A stretch of 64,000 nucleotides of DNA from Marsupella aquatica (taxonomy: Eukaryota > Plantae > Marchantiophyta). The DNA lies in assembly GCA_973895155.1 (NCBI GenBank), contig OZ316896.1:9559525-9623524 (forward strand), read 5' to 3'. Shown in pieces: positions 51,599-64,000 of this stretch. Position 1 is the first letter of the stretch. Every line of letters begins with the position of its first letter. The translations under genes and the position numbers were made by a program. Below the pieces are notes generated by a model. That model searched no databases, was not told the origin of the DNA, and was given only the letters and a program-made list of their open reading frames with translations.

Positions 51599-54500
51599 AT
51601 GGGCGTGAAGGAAGCTTGGGGATATGCTGCATTCAATAATACTGGCCACCTTAAACCTTTCGTCTTCACTCGGAGGTATTCAAACAATTTCGATGGTTAT
51701 TCACTTTCTTTACTTGTGCAGATAACTGTGGTTATTTTCTGTGGGTTAGATTAGACAAAAGTGCCGTGTAAATCTCTTGCGGATGAAATGATTGCTTGCA
51801 AAAACAAAGCAAAGCTGTGTGTTTCGGCAATTCCAATGTTAATGGTGACAGGGAGGGGAAGAGGGAACTCTTTCCCTTCCACCGAAATGTCCGCACCTAA
51901 TTTGGTACTTCAATGCTGCGTGAAGTGCTCTAGAGAGGGATCCGAGCAGAAGTAATCAGATCATCAGCAAGACAATTGAAACAAAGAAGGGGGCAATGAA
52001 AGGCTGACCCAAAGAGAGCCATGCTAACTCGAGCTCTCTAGAAACTAGGATAAAACGCCCACGAGAAAATTACAAAGTAATGTAGAATTTGTCTCGAGCA
52101 AACAGCAATCGCACGGAAAGAAACATTTGCACTTCCGCAAGTGGGCCCTTTCAATCTCAAGACGTCTAGGAACGACTAGAAATGTCAGACAGAAAATCAG
52201 AAATGCTCAATCAAGTCTATTCAAGAGAGGCGAAGGAAATGAAATTCACACTTTCGGAAAGAGATCCGTGGAAATCTCAAGCTCTCTCCGAGAATAATCA
52301 ATTAACAAGGGAAACTGACGACAGTGGAATAGGCAGCAATTCCTTGATGATTTGGTTTGCTTTTCATTTTGCGAGAGCAGTAAATCCGGAATAATGCAAG
52401 TCTTGCCGCTTTTTAAGGATGCTCAAAAAGTCCAAGCGCTTGCACTTAAACACGATACTCACCGCTATCATTGTTTTGAAGGGTCTCTTAAATTTCTGAA
52501 TTTCCGCATTGTAAGACACTGGATCGCCTGTTGAATGAGCAGAGCAACACGTCCTGAAGATGTCTGTTTCAAGATCAAATTTTGTGGAATCTGCCACACC
52601 GATTTGCATCAGATCAAAGATGATTGGAAAGAACTTCCAGCAACGTATCCAATGGTGCCAGGGTCAGTTTCCAACTTTCATGAGATCTTTGGAACAATTT
52701 TGTTTGGAGACCTTATTCTAGTCAGAAACAAGGATTGCGTGTCAGATGACTTGTACTAGAATGAAGGCAATTCATGTAGTGATTATTTTGGTCTTTTATG
52801 AGACTTGTGGCTTGATGCCCTCGCTTAAAATTAACCCAGAGGTTCAATTGTTATGAGCCCAACCGTTGCTGTTGGACCGGATTGCCGCTGTGGAGGGATC
52901 GTCACGTGAAGTTGCCAAAGTGAAATGGTTCATGTGATTTCAGTTTGTCCTTTTCCTTGGAAGATAACAGTTTTGGTTTTTTAATTTGTTGGTACTGACT
53001 CTTGTCGTGTCACGGTTGGCAACATTTCGACAAGCAGTCATGAGTTGGTGGGCATATGTTGCGAAATCGGATGTGATGTGAAGAATTTCAAAGTGGGAGA
53101 CAGAGTCGGTGTTGGCTGCATAGTCAACAGCTGTGGATCGTGTGACCATTGCAAGAGGCATCTAGAGCAGTACTGTGACAGGAAGTTCGTGTGGACATAC
53201 AATGACAAGGATATATATGTTGATGGGCAAATAACATATGGTGGCTACTCCACTATCATGGTTATTCCTGAAAGGTAAGGTAGTAACCTATCGTTTTACA
53301 TGTTGTTTCTTCTTTATAAATAAATTCGTGTGGCTGGATTCTGCAACAGGAAGTTGTGGTTCGTAGTCTATGCTGATAAACTGACACTACCCAGTCTTGG
53401 AGAATGAGCTACAATGAAAGTGGTGGACCGATGGCAACATTGATACAATCTCATCATCTGGCCCTGTTTCAGGTATTGTCTAAAGATTCCAGAGGCGCTG
53501 CCATTGGATGCAGCTGCACCATTACTCTGTGCGGGTGTGACAGTCTACAGTCCCATGAAGCATTATGAAATGGAGAAAGGGGGTAAGAACTTTGGTGTGA
53601 TCGGTTTGGGTGGGCTGGGATACATGGCAGCCAAGTTCGCCAAAGCATTTAACATGAGAATAACTGTTATCAGTACATCGCCCAGCAAGGAGCAGGAAGC
53701 GCGGCACAGCTTACGTGCAGACCACTTCGTTGTTAGCACATGCCAAAAATCTATGAAAGTACGTCTTTTCTCCATCCAAATGATGCACCGAATGTCACGT
53801 TTGATGTAGGGCTAAGGGTCGCCTTCACTCATACATGAGCTCCTTTCAATTCTGGCGGACTCCATGGACTGACTTATCGAACATATATCTCTAGCTGATG
53901 ATCATGACTTCGCTGATGATATGACTGCACCGTGGGGTCTTGCAAAGTTTTGATTCTTGCAAGACTTTCTGCACCCCAGCAGAAGTTCTGAATGTTCTTT
54001 GTAACTCCTGTCCTCGATGGTATCAGGCAAGGTGGCCGTTTGAGTCCCATCTCCTGTGGGTGGGGGCATGAGAGCATACAATTGATGTCCAGAACCCTCG
54101 TAGAAGTTGATATCTGATGCACCAGATGTAAGGTTCTCGAATTGGAGCACTGGAATGGAGATCAGATACCCAAAAAGGATGGTGTCATATGAAGCTTGAC
54201 CTCGAATCTCAATTCATGCATTGATTTCATGTTGCGTTAAGATTTCTACCTTTTGCAACTTCCGGCGAGAAGGATATGGGAGACTTGGTCCATAACCCCA
54301 GTAGCTGTTGTCATGATCATAATTTGTGGGTTTGTGATGACGTGTTCACAGGCAGCTCAAAAGTCATTAGATTTCATCATCGACACGGTGTCTGCTGAGC
54401 ATTCCATGGATCACTATCTTCCACTTCTCAAAACCAATGGCAAGATTGTGCTTGTTGGGATACCTGCTAAGCCCTTGCAAGTCTCAGCATTCAACCTTCA

Positions 54501-54831
54501 TGCTGGTAAGATGGACACCATTTCTCAATCTTATTACATCATGTGAATTAAACGGTCCACGGACGGTACAATAATGTTCAATGACCAAGCTGGATTGTGG
54601 ATCTTCATTGCAGCACGACGATGCGTTGGAGGTAGTCTTATTGGCGGCATAAGAGAAACTCAAGAGATGCTCAACTTCTGTGGCAAGCATCATATATTTT
54701 GCAAAATTGAAAAGATTCCCTTTGATTACCTGAACGAAGCCATGAAAAGACTTGCAAAGTCAGATGTGAAATATCGATTTGTGATTGACGTTGCAAACTC
54801 TACCCCACCTGAGTATCGACCCCAATGCTAG
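51599..54831 (+). CDS. CAD: Cinnamyl alcohol dehydrogenase-like NADP(H)-dependent Zn alcohol dehydrogenase, 363 aa, 6 exons
   Basis: Exons 51599-51675, 52543-52662, 53038-53274, 53473-53758, 54352-54505, 54614-54831. Motifs: AWGYAA..TGHLKPF, CGICHTD, YPMVPGHE, GDRVGVG, structural Zn C..C..C.......C, APLLCAG, GLGGLG, DVKYRFVID. Confidence 0.95.
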
Positions 54832-56861
54832 TTCAACTCAAAAGAGTCAAACAGCACATTACGAGTCTTCAACTTAGCTCATCATACACTTACTTCCCAA
54901 GCACCATTGCGTGATGAGATTAAATACACAGGCCCCAACTTCATGGTCATTTCTAATTGCCATACACACACCAAATAAAACATGGATACTAGAAAAAAAT
55001 TTGAGAAGTACTTCAAAAACAAAATGAGTGCCTTCCTGTGAATGAATTGGGCAGAAGCTCTTTATTTCCAAAGCATGTCCAACTTACAATAAATGTGCAG
55101 AAGTAACAAAATGACGTTAGTTGTAACTGAAATGCACCATTTGAGTACCACAAAGACTGGCGCCACGATAGTTAGGCTGGCAATAAACTTAGGGTTCAAT
55201 CTTGAACGATAATGCATCAGCAGGATGGGGTCTTCATCCATTCCCATTCGGAAAAGCTCAAACTTTCTGGCATTCTTAATCAAACATCACAAATTGATCA
55301 ATAATCCATCTAAACCCTGAATTGATCGTGCTGCCATTCTTGTCAAGTACAGTCACACTAAACTTGGATCCTGGGAGATGGAGGAGTATGTCCGACGCTG
55401 TCAAAATTATGGAGGCAGAATTAAATCACTGAAAATGCATTCCTAGATGCTCATCCGACAAAATGTAGCAAATATGAATTTTGGGGAATGATGTCAATAT
55501 TGTTTGTTCTACGACGGTAATCTGTTGAACTTGAGCACCAAACACTTATCACACAGCTGCAAGACGAGAAGCAAACACCCCAACGTCAAGACAGAAGAAA
55601 TTGAGAATTCCATCTTCCAATGTCCGTAAAAGTTGAATGCACTGCTCTAAGAAAAAATTCATTTCGAGAAACGAAAAAGAGTTGCATCCACTGAAATATG
55701 CATGAGCATAATTGAAATCAGCTCTATATGACCTCCTTAAGGACCAAGACAGGCGACAATGACGTATAGCAAATTCGAGTAAGACTCACAGCAATGGATG
55801 ACCTTAAATTGGGATGGAAAGAATGTGGGGACCATACTGCTCACGCTCAAGTTGTTTGGGTTCTTTTGGTCGCCCTTCAAAGTGGTTCTGACCCCTAAAC
55901 CAAGACACCCACATGGCAGTGCTTGCAAACACGTTCCTTAGTCAATTCAGGTAGACAGGGGTGACTTGTGACCAATTGACAACTGGTCTCAAGTTCAATC
56001 CTGGGCAGTGTCCCTCCTACAATTGGTGTTGCTCCAGCTTCAGTTTATAAATGGGTTCTGCTTGAAACTCATCTCGGGCGGGCTCAATGTGAAAATAACA
56101 TCAGTGGTCGCCCCAGGAAGCCAGTTGCAGGGCTGGCACTTCGGTGGTTTCCATTTTTCTTTTAAATCCATAATGTATACTTCTCCATAAGAGCACCAAA
56201 ATTGTAAAGGGAAAAATCATGAAGTTAAGTTTCTGAAGTTAAAGCCCCGATGGACCTGCATGTTGTCCATGAAACCCTGATGGATATACCATACCTCCAT
56301 GGACTGGATCAAAACATAAAGGTATGTTTTGATCCACATAATTAGTCTAGCCATTTTTCTAGAGTTTAGTAAAAAAGGTAAAATGTAAATTACATTTATA
56401 TCCTTACAAAAATACCTTATCTGGTCTTCATGGTAAATGAAATTTTGAGTAGATTGAGTGCTTCACATTTTACTGTAATTTGTTGAATGATAAAAAACCA
56501 AATGAGCTTAATTTCCAAAAAAAAATTATAAAGTGTCAAGCCCTATTGGAAGCTCTGTCAGCCCGATTGGAAACCTGAAATCCCACGATTACCCTCACTG
56601 GGCTCTGTTCTACACTTGGAACTTTACCTTGAGCTTAAAACCACTTGACAAGTTTATCCTTGTATCATCATGGGCATGGTTTGGTTGACAAATGGTTTGT
56701 CCAAGAGTGTTCTGGGCCCTCATAATGCACAGGCCAGGCTGGCCCATCTATTTTGAGAACCTTGCATGATCTGAAAAGTACAATATCATTATCACTAGAA
56801 AATGATTGTATAATAGGCTTAGTATTGATCAAAATCAATACTCTCCTAAGTTTGACTATGT

Positions 56862-57000
56862 GTTAAATCTACGTCAACTTAATGCGGTCCGTACACCAGA
56901 ACATAAACCAATACACTATATTTATGATCTACAAATTGAGTGATTTGAACAACATGTGTCTTGGTTTATGTTCTGGTTGTACGGTTGACGTAGATTTAAC
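56862..57000. repeat. Short fold-back (MITE-like or hairpin)
   Basis: GTTAAATCTACGTCAAC / GTTGACGTAGATTTAAC and CCGTACACCAGAACATAAACCAA / TTGGTTTATGTTCTGGTTGTACGG form nested inverted pairs. Confidence 0.8.
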
Positions 57001-58564
57001 GTACGCACGGTGTAAGTTTGTGGCTCAGTAGGGGTTTAGTTCTTTTCCCATTTGGACACTAGGGCTTTTTGGCTCTTTGGGTTTCCCATTGTTCCCATTG
57101 TTTGCCCCCTTTACTTGGGTTTTTGGCCTTGGGATCCTGTCTCTTGGTAAGGGGCTTCTGTTCTTCTGCAGTGATTTGTATATTTTGATAGAGAGAGCAA
57201 ATCTGTGCCCTCTTCAATTATTTTTGAAAACTTTACTTGGTAGGTTCAAAGGTATTATCACCGTCCAGGTTGAGCTTTGTGGCTTACAGTCACCCTCTAG
57301 CTAACACAGTCTGCCAAGTAGATCCCAACACCCATTTCCTTCCATGTGTTATTGGATTCACAACCCACCTTATGCAATTAAGCTTAGTTTGGTCCTGGGT
57401 TTAGTAATGATCTGGAGAAAGTCATTAACTTGAATGGTCATGATGAGATTTGATGTGATGAGGATACACTTTATGGGGTAACTTGACTTTCCTTGGAATG
57501 TGAATTCAATGAAGGTGTGTTTTAGGTAAAGCTATCCTGGGAATTGTTTTGAGTAAGGCCCAACTTGGGCTTTCATTTTGGACATCCAACCACAAGAAGA
57601 GCATTAACTTACTTTAGTCTATACCAGAAATTTCCTGAAGTAGTGTCTAGAGAAAGTGAGAATGTCCTGCTCATAATAGAGTTAATGCTAAAGTGGCTCC
57701 TTAATGATTTGTTACTCCAAGAAATCACGCAATTTACCACCACATTTATGGGCAAGGATTAAAGTACAGTCAACAATGCATAATTGCATCAATTCTGGAA
57801 GCACTTATCTTATGCACAGTTCATCGTTCTTTCTGCTTTGTTCATCCTGCCTTTGCTCTCTCACTACAATAGTGCTCCTACTCAAAATCTGGATTACCCT
57901 CTCTTCTCCATAATTAAAGCACCAATCTATATAACTAATTGCAAACTGTAGCTAGAGTTTGGATCTAGATTTCTAGAGTGAAGGATCTAGATTTCTAGAG
58001 TGAAGCCTCTAGACTGTAACTTTAGATAGAGACAAAACTAAGGACGACAAAACTGAAAGTGAAATGTATGCCAAAAACAGGGATGGGGGCAAAGATGAAG
58101 GGAAGCAACATAGATTTTTTTGTAAGGCTTTTTTTTTTTCTTACCTGTATTTAAGTTCAAGGACTGGGTAATGAGGCTACAGTAGTACTTACACAGAGAA
58201 AAAGTGTTAGGGTTTGCATTATTAAGCTGCATTTGTTTGCTCGGTCCAGTCTTGACTCTTCACAAAGTGTCACTGCCACACCCCCTCCCCCAGCCCCCTA
58301 CAGTAGTGTTCCCACTAAGAATCTGGATTACCCTCTCTTCTCCACATAGCAAAAAATTACTAGGGCATCTCAAAGCTTCAAACTTAAAGGAATCGTCATA
58401 ATTTTCTTCACAAGATATATGTAAATGTTTTTAAAATTTCTTTTCACTAGCATCTGGAGTGACTAATGTTAATGGCATACTACCAATCTTTATGGCTAAA
58501 AGTTTTGCACTATGAATTTGGTAGTCTGTAAGTTTTTGTGTCTGTAACCCCTAATTGCAGGGTT

Positions 58565-58887
58565 AAGGTCCATCAAATTCTGATCTTTGAGACTCCCTGT
58601 TAATTATTAAGTTCCATTAGTCTGAGTCAAGGTCCATCAAATTCTGAGCTTTGAGACACCCTTTTAATTATTAAGTTGCATTCACCTGAGTTAAGGTCAT
58701 CAAATTCTGAGTTTTGAGACTCCCTATGAATTATTAAGTGGCATTTGTTATTGATTATTAATTCTGAGTTTTGAGGCCTCCTATGAATTATTAAGTTGCA
58801 TTTGCTATTAATTCTAAGTTTTGAGACGCCCCATTGATTATTAATTCTGAGTTTTGAGACTCCCTCTATGCATTATTAAGCTGCATT
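58565..58887. repeat. Degenerate tandem array (units ~35-63 bp)
   Basis: Six copies of AATTCTGAGTTTTGAGACNCCC...ATTATTAA. Confidence 0.85.
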
Positions 58888-59055
58888 CGTTCGCTCGGTC
58901 TGGTCTGGTCTGGTCGGTCTTGACTCTTGACCGAGTCTCGGTTTTTTTCTTGCTTTGCTTTGCTTTGTTTTGTTTGTCGCTGCGCCAACTAGTGCTCCCA
59001 CTCGTTGCCCGTCGTCATTGCTGTTGTTGCTGGCTCTCTGGTTGGCTCCTCTGGT

Positions 59056-59110
59056 CCAGACCAGACCAGACCAGACCAGACCAGACCAGACCAGACCAGA
59101 CCAGACCAGA
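59056..59110. repeat. (CCAGA)11 microsatellite upstream of SAR1
   Basis: 11 perfect copies; complementary (TCTGG)3 at ~58899; further GAGCA/GAGCC and GTGGA runs nearby. Confidence 0.95.
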
Positions 59111-59731
59111 GGAGAGGGAGCCGAGCAGAGCCGAGCAGAGCAGAGCCGAGGAGAAGAGAGCAGAGGAAAGGAGGGGAGCTCCTCTTTCCCGTCGTCATTC
59201 CTGCGTTTCTTTCTTTCCTTCCAGGTGTGCGGTGCTGTCCTGCCCTGCTCTCTGGCCGTGGCTTCGGCGTGTTGGATGTGGAGCGAGGAGTGAAGTACGT
59301 TGCCGGATCGCAAGGCAACGGAAGGTAAGGGAAGGCAAGGGGAAAGCGCTGGTGGTGCTGAGGAATACCCACATTCTTCATTTGTTCGCTGGACTGGTGT
59401 GGAGCCAGAAATCGAGGGTAGCAGTGGAACGGAAAGGAGGGTAAAATCGAAGTGTGCGACGTTTGCAACGCAGTGGAGTGGAGTGGCGTGGAGTGGAGTG
59501 GAGTGGGGAGGCAGGTCGGTGGACGGGCGGACGGACGGACGAGGAGGCAGGGAGGGGAGCAAGGAAGGAAGAAAAGAAGCGAGACGGTGTGTGGATGTTT
59601 GGGAAGGAAAGAGGAAGGCAATAATTTCTGGAGGAGGGCAAGGAGACGGGCGCTCTCTTTGAGCGTGAATCTAGGGAAGTAGTAGGGTTGATCTTTAAGG
59701 TCGTGGGAGGGGAAGGAGAAGGGGAGAAGAG

Positions 59732-61078
59732 ATGTTTTTGTTCGATTGGTTTTACAGTGTGCTAGCGACGCTAGGGCTATGGCAGAAGGAGGCAAAAATC
59801 TTGTTCCTGGGATTGGACAACGCCGGGAAAACGACTCTCTTGCACATGCTCAAGGATGAGGTACGTGTGTTCGCGTGTGCGTGTGCGTGTGTCTGGGTTC
59901 GGTCTTCTTGGATCTTCTCGCTTTCGGGTCTGCCTAATTTGTCCCAGGTTGTCGGACAAGCTTTGTGATGCTTGCTTGTGTCTTCTATGGAGGGAGTTGA
60001 GCCGCTATGAATGGTTTGTGTTGTTGGTTTCCTTGCCTTAACATATGGATGGAGTTTTCAGAGCCAGCCGGCTTGACTCTGTGGATAGAGAGGTCTAGGG
60101 ATCTATATCGGAAGTGAGCTCGAGACGTTCATGCGAGGGGTTGGTCTGTCACCTTCCGTTGCACACAATCGACTTGCATGCTCGTCGTGTCTGTGAGAGG
60201 ATGGCTGGTAGCGTCATGGCGGGCAGATCCTGCGCGTCTTACGCCTTCGCTTCAATCTATCAGTTAGAAAATGTCTCTGTAGTCTTACACATGTTCTTGA
60301 GGGTTTCGGTAGCTTTCGCCTGTGTGTGGGATACTTGTCTGGATGGAATGGCTAAAGGTGGGCGAAATGAGCGTGGTTATTGAGGCGATGGTAAGAGGGG
60401 GCTGCGGTGTGGGATTCCTTCTGGCAATTCATGTGACGATTTGACCTATACTAGCTCAGAGACATAGTGTCGGCTTGCTTATTGGCAGCTGTGTTTAATT
60501 TTTCCTGCAGCGGTTAGCTCAGCATCAACCTACGCAGTATCCCACGTCGGAGGAGTTGAGCATCGGAAAAATCAAGTTCAAAGCATTTGACTTGGGCGGT
60601 CACCAGATTGCCCGTCGAGTCTGGAAGGACTACTATGCCAAGGTATTACTTCCTTTCTTCCCTTTCTTTCCTTCCTTCCTCAACTCAAGTTGAAGTGTCT
60701 GAGCTCTCATGCAAAATCTATCAGTGCAGGTCATCAACGATGATGTGGCATGTGCAGGTGGATGGCATCGTCTATCTTGTGGATGCAGCCGACAAGGAGA
60801 GGTTCGCGGAGTCTAAGAAGGAGCTCGATGCCCTTCTCTCCGATGATTCTCTGGCTCAGGTTCCGTTTTTAGTTTTGGGAAATAAAATTGATATTCCCTA
60901 TGCAGCTTCTGAGGATGAACTACGGTATTCTCTGGGGTTAACAAACTACACGACCGGAAAAGGGAAGGTCAACCTAGGCGAAACAAATATGAGGCCAATT
61001 GAAGTTTTCATGTGCAGTATTGTTCGTAAGATGGGCTACGGAGAAGGCATTAAGTGGATGTCCCAGTACATCAAGTAA
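59732..61078 (+). CDS. SAR1: COPII small GTPase SAR1, 193 aa, 3 exons
   Basis: Exons 59732-59860, 60511-60642, 60758-61078. Motifs: [54 protein letters not shown]. Confidence 0.98.
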
Positions 61079-62517
61079 AATGTTGCAGGTCCCGGTTGTT
61101 TGCTTTGGGTAGTGTCCATATCTTTGCGTTTCTAGGTCTACAGCATTGAAGAACCCCTGTTTGCTGCACGAGACAGCGAAGGTCTTGTTTGGACTGTTAC
61201 AACGTTTGACTTCCGCCAATTTGCGGACGGAGACTGGTTGGACATATTTTGCAGTCTCCATCTGTTCGTGAATCAACAGGCCCAGAGGTTGAGTGCTAGC
61301 TGCAGGCACACATCTTATTCTGCTTACGTCTTTGTTGCCGGTTAGTTAAAGGGTATTACAATTTAAACGACGTCCATTCACATATTGGTATATTCAGTTA
61401 TTTGGTCTTTCACAGGCTCGAAGGTCTGGTCGTGTCGTATAATGGTGCCTGAGTGATTACTTTTGTCATTCAAACTATCCATCTTGCGTTAAAGTTTTTT
61501 CATTCTTCCCCGTTGTGATCACAGTGCAGTTCTGAAACATTAAGACTTAATGCTCTTGTGTCTACGTTGGTCATTCATCTCAGCATTTCTAGGAGTATTT
61601 TTTGTTTACGGGTGATTCAAATTGGGGCAAAATTTAGTACCTGTGAAAGGCTTGTACTTCCTGCCAACAGATGTTTGATGGGGTTTCATCCAGTTCAGTT
61701 ATGTCCCGGCCAAGCTGCAGTTGACAGTCTTCCAAAGCTGAAGATTTGTTTTCTTTGAAATCCACGGCATTTGCCCGAAGTGGGTATTCTTTTTTGAGAA
61801 GTGAATATGCAAGTCCGTATCAATATGATTTGGCCGGAAAGGGCATTCGTGGTGATGTCTTCTTTCCGGAAGACATCCTCGGAAAGGTTTTTTTAACAAC
61901 AGCAGCTATTCACAAGCTGCTATCGCAGTGGCCTGGGTGGCCCGGAAAACCGGAGCTTGTTCTGCATTCAGTATCATTCCAGATATTGTCAAGTGTACAC
62001 TTTTTGACAGGGCAGGGCCGAGTCCTTCAGCCTCTGTGCACCATTAGGTGCTTGTGTGCTAGCTTTTTAGAGAGGTGACTGTCATCGTTGGATGTAACTA
62101 GCAGCTGCCCTGCCGCACTTTCTGCAATCGTCAACCTTCAGACGGGCATTTATTGAAACACTTGCCACTATGACCCTCAAATTAGTATTAAGTAACCTGG
62201 GCCATGAGAAGGAAAGGTTTGGGGTAGGGATGGTTTACCACACCTATCATCTGTTCATGCGATGGGCCACTTGTGATGGCCTGAAATTCAAGTAAGCAGC
62301 ATTTGTTCCCCGTGTACAAAAGGTACAATAGCAATTTGAGATGCTGACCGAGAGAAGGGGTGCATCGTCTTTTGGCGGAGGGAGCGTTTTCTTGGATATT
62401 CATACACCATTGCAGTATGGGAGTTCTGTGTGACGGATTTAGGACAGAATGAGGATAACTTAGAATCTTGAATTCGACTCGATTTGGAAGACTTGAATTG
62501 CAGTTAGATTTCCAGTG

Positions 62518-64000
62518 AAATATACATATACTTTTTACAGAAAAAGGTCAAATAGAGTACAAAAGAATAAACAAGAGGTCCCAAGTGGACAAAAGCAAGC
62601 TCAAAAGAAGTGAGCAAAAGGAAACTCTAAAAACCAAGAAAGAGTAACTAAAAGAAGTGAGCAAAAGGAAACCCCTAAAAACCAAGAAAGAGTAACTAAA
62701 GTTACCGCAAATGGACCGAGGTCCTCATCATACCTAGCAAATGTGACAACAAGTTAGTGATTTACATCAAGTGTCGAAACTAGATTGGCAAGTGGGACAG
62801 GAATGTCCTCTAGGGGGGCTAGCCACTGTGGAGTCACACTAGCACCCATTGTTAGAGATCGACGATAGACGGCCCGAGCTTTAGCACGTTGTAAGGTGAC
62901 TGAAATGCGTTGGCGAAAGTGCGTGGTCAAAACAGACAGCGGGGGCCCGGTGGGACCCATCCAGCCGTGAACATCCCGAGCAGCTTGGCGAAGAAGCCCG
63001 TCGAACTGATGATGGAGACGCCCAAATATCTCAAGAGCAAGGGGCAGGAAGCTATCAGATGAAGCTCGTGCAGCATATTTGGCATCCTTCGTTGTTGCTG
63101 CTCGTGATGCTGTTGCCCCTGCCGTTGTTGCCGCTATCCCAATGATGTCTTGGCGCAATGGGTTTGCCACCACTACATCTGCCAAAGTACGGTGACCTTC
63201 ACGGACCATGGTAAGATCCACCCGTAACCGCTGTGATGGAGGACCAGGTAACTCGAGCACCACCTCCCGCCGCGTGCAGACCAAAGGGCCAGAGAGAACC
63301 TGAGGAGTCGCATCTCTCACAGCGTCGTGAACAAAAATGGTTTTGCCGCCCAAACTGCATGGAAGAAGATGGACACCTGTGGCATCACAAGGCTTCCCAC
63401 AAGTGCAAGTAGGAGGTAAACCAGCAAGAAGTGGGTGGGGCAAGCCCATACGAAGGCGCATGGCTGTCGCAAACTCCGCTGAAGACATCCGCAGGTGAGG
63501 AATGACTGGATTGGCCTGAAGCCAGCCTCCTGCGCCCTTCCCTCCGAAAAAAAGAATCCGAGCTAGGTCCGTGTCAGGTGCCTCGATGAGGATGCTGGAA
63601 AGGGTGAAAGCGTGCATACGCCCAACAAGGTCTGCCTGAAGACAGACGGGGTCCAAGGATAAAAACTCCTGGAAGGAAGGTAACGCAGCTCGAACAGGAT
63701 CGGGTAGTGATGACCGCGCCGTGCGCAAATAAACCTGAAATGGGAGGGAACCCTCCTCGACCTCCATGAGAGACGAAAGTAAAAAAGGTCGATCCTCAGT
63801 AAGGAAACGATCTGCCAACAATGAGAAGGTGGCCACCCACGCGCCCAAGAAGACCAAAGGTGCAAGGCGCTCAGTGGAAGTAAGCCCAAAACCACCGTGA
63901 GAAATAGGAAGACTGAGCTGTCGATGAAGTCACGGGGATGAGAGCAAAGTACCTGGCCCTAAAAGAGAGGCCAAAGTCTCACGAATGGAGACATCAAACG
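62518..64000 (-). mobile_element. 3' part of an RLE-bearing (CRE-like) non-LTR retrotransposon; ORF 63857-62754 continues to the window edge
   Basis: RT-thumb QLSLPISHGGFGL, GAGGWL, LRMGL, zinc knuckle CTCG..CD..G.H...C, HDAV, restriction-like endonuclease RVD...ADV...K..KY, PLALE.FG, QRISVTLQRA; T-rich 3' UTR with a 47/48-bp duplication (62603-62697). Confidence 0.85.

Noticed and set aside
52182-52534. ORFs as a candidate first exon of CAD
   Set aside because: The exon at 51599-51675 has the family N-terminus and the correct phase-2 donor, so these ORFs are intronic.
35849-54831. Hydrolase + MFS transporter + CAD as a metabolic gene cluster
   Set aside because: No scaffold-forming enzyme, the MFSD12-like gene is a conserved housekeeping type, and sequence alone gives no co-expression evidence.
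58854-59795. 196-268 aa ORFs upstream of SAR1
   Set aside because: Translations of pentanucleotide microsatellites (PDQTR, SGLVW) that are open in several frames.

Overview
Eukaryotic nuclear DNA from a land plant. The transposon types suggest a seed-free lineage, but the species cannot be determined. Five intact spliced host genes were reconstructed exon by exon: an MLO family gene (-, 16 exons, one GC-AG intron), a dienelactone-hydrolase family gene (+, 2 exons), an MFSD12-like MFS transporter (+, 12 exons), a CAD-like Zn alcohol dehydrogenase (+, 6 exons) and SAR1 (+, 3 exons). The 8-33 kb region is a nest of transposons. A ~16 kb decayed autonomous Helitron (-) has canonical hairpin/CTAG and TC ends. 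Inserted into it is a complete 7.5 kb two-gene PIF/Harbinger-superfamily element with AG...CT TIRs and an AGT target duplication (Pangu-type signature, fungal/oomycete-like proteins). That insertion apparently splits an OTU-protease-like remnant of the Helitron. A second, inverted Helitron 3' end closes the block at 30467. The window also holds a Ty3/gypsy 3' end, CRE-like RLE retrotransposon remnants and several fold-back elements, including a one-left-arm/two-right-arm hairpin ending ~64 bp before the CAD start codon. All family assignments come from motif recognition by eye; no database searches were run.
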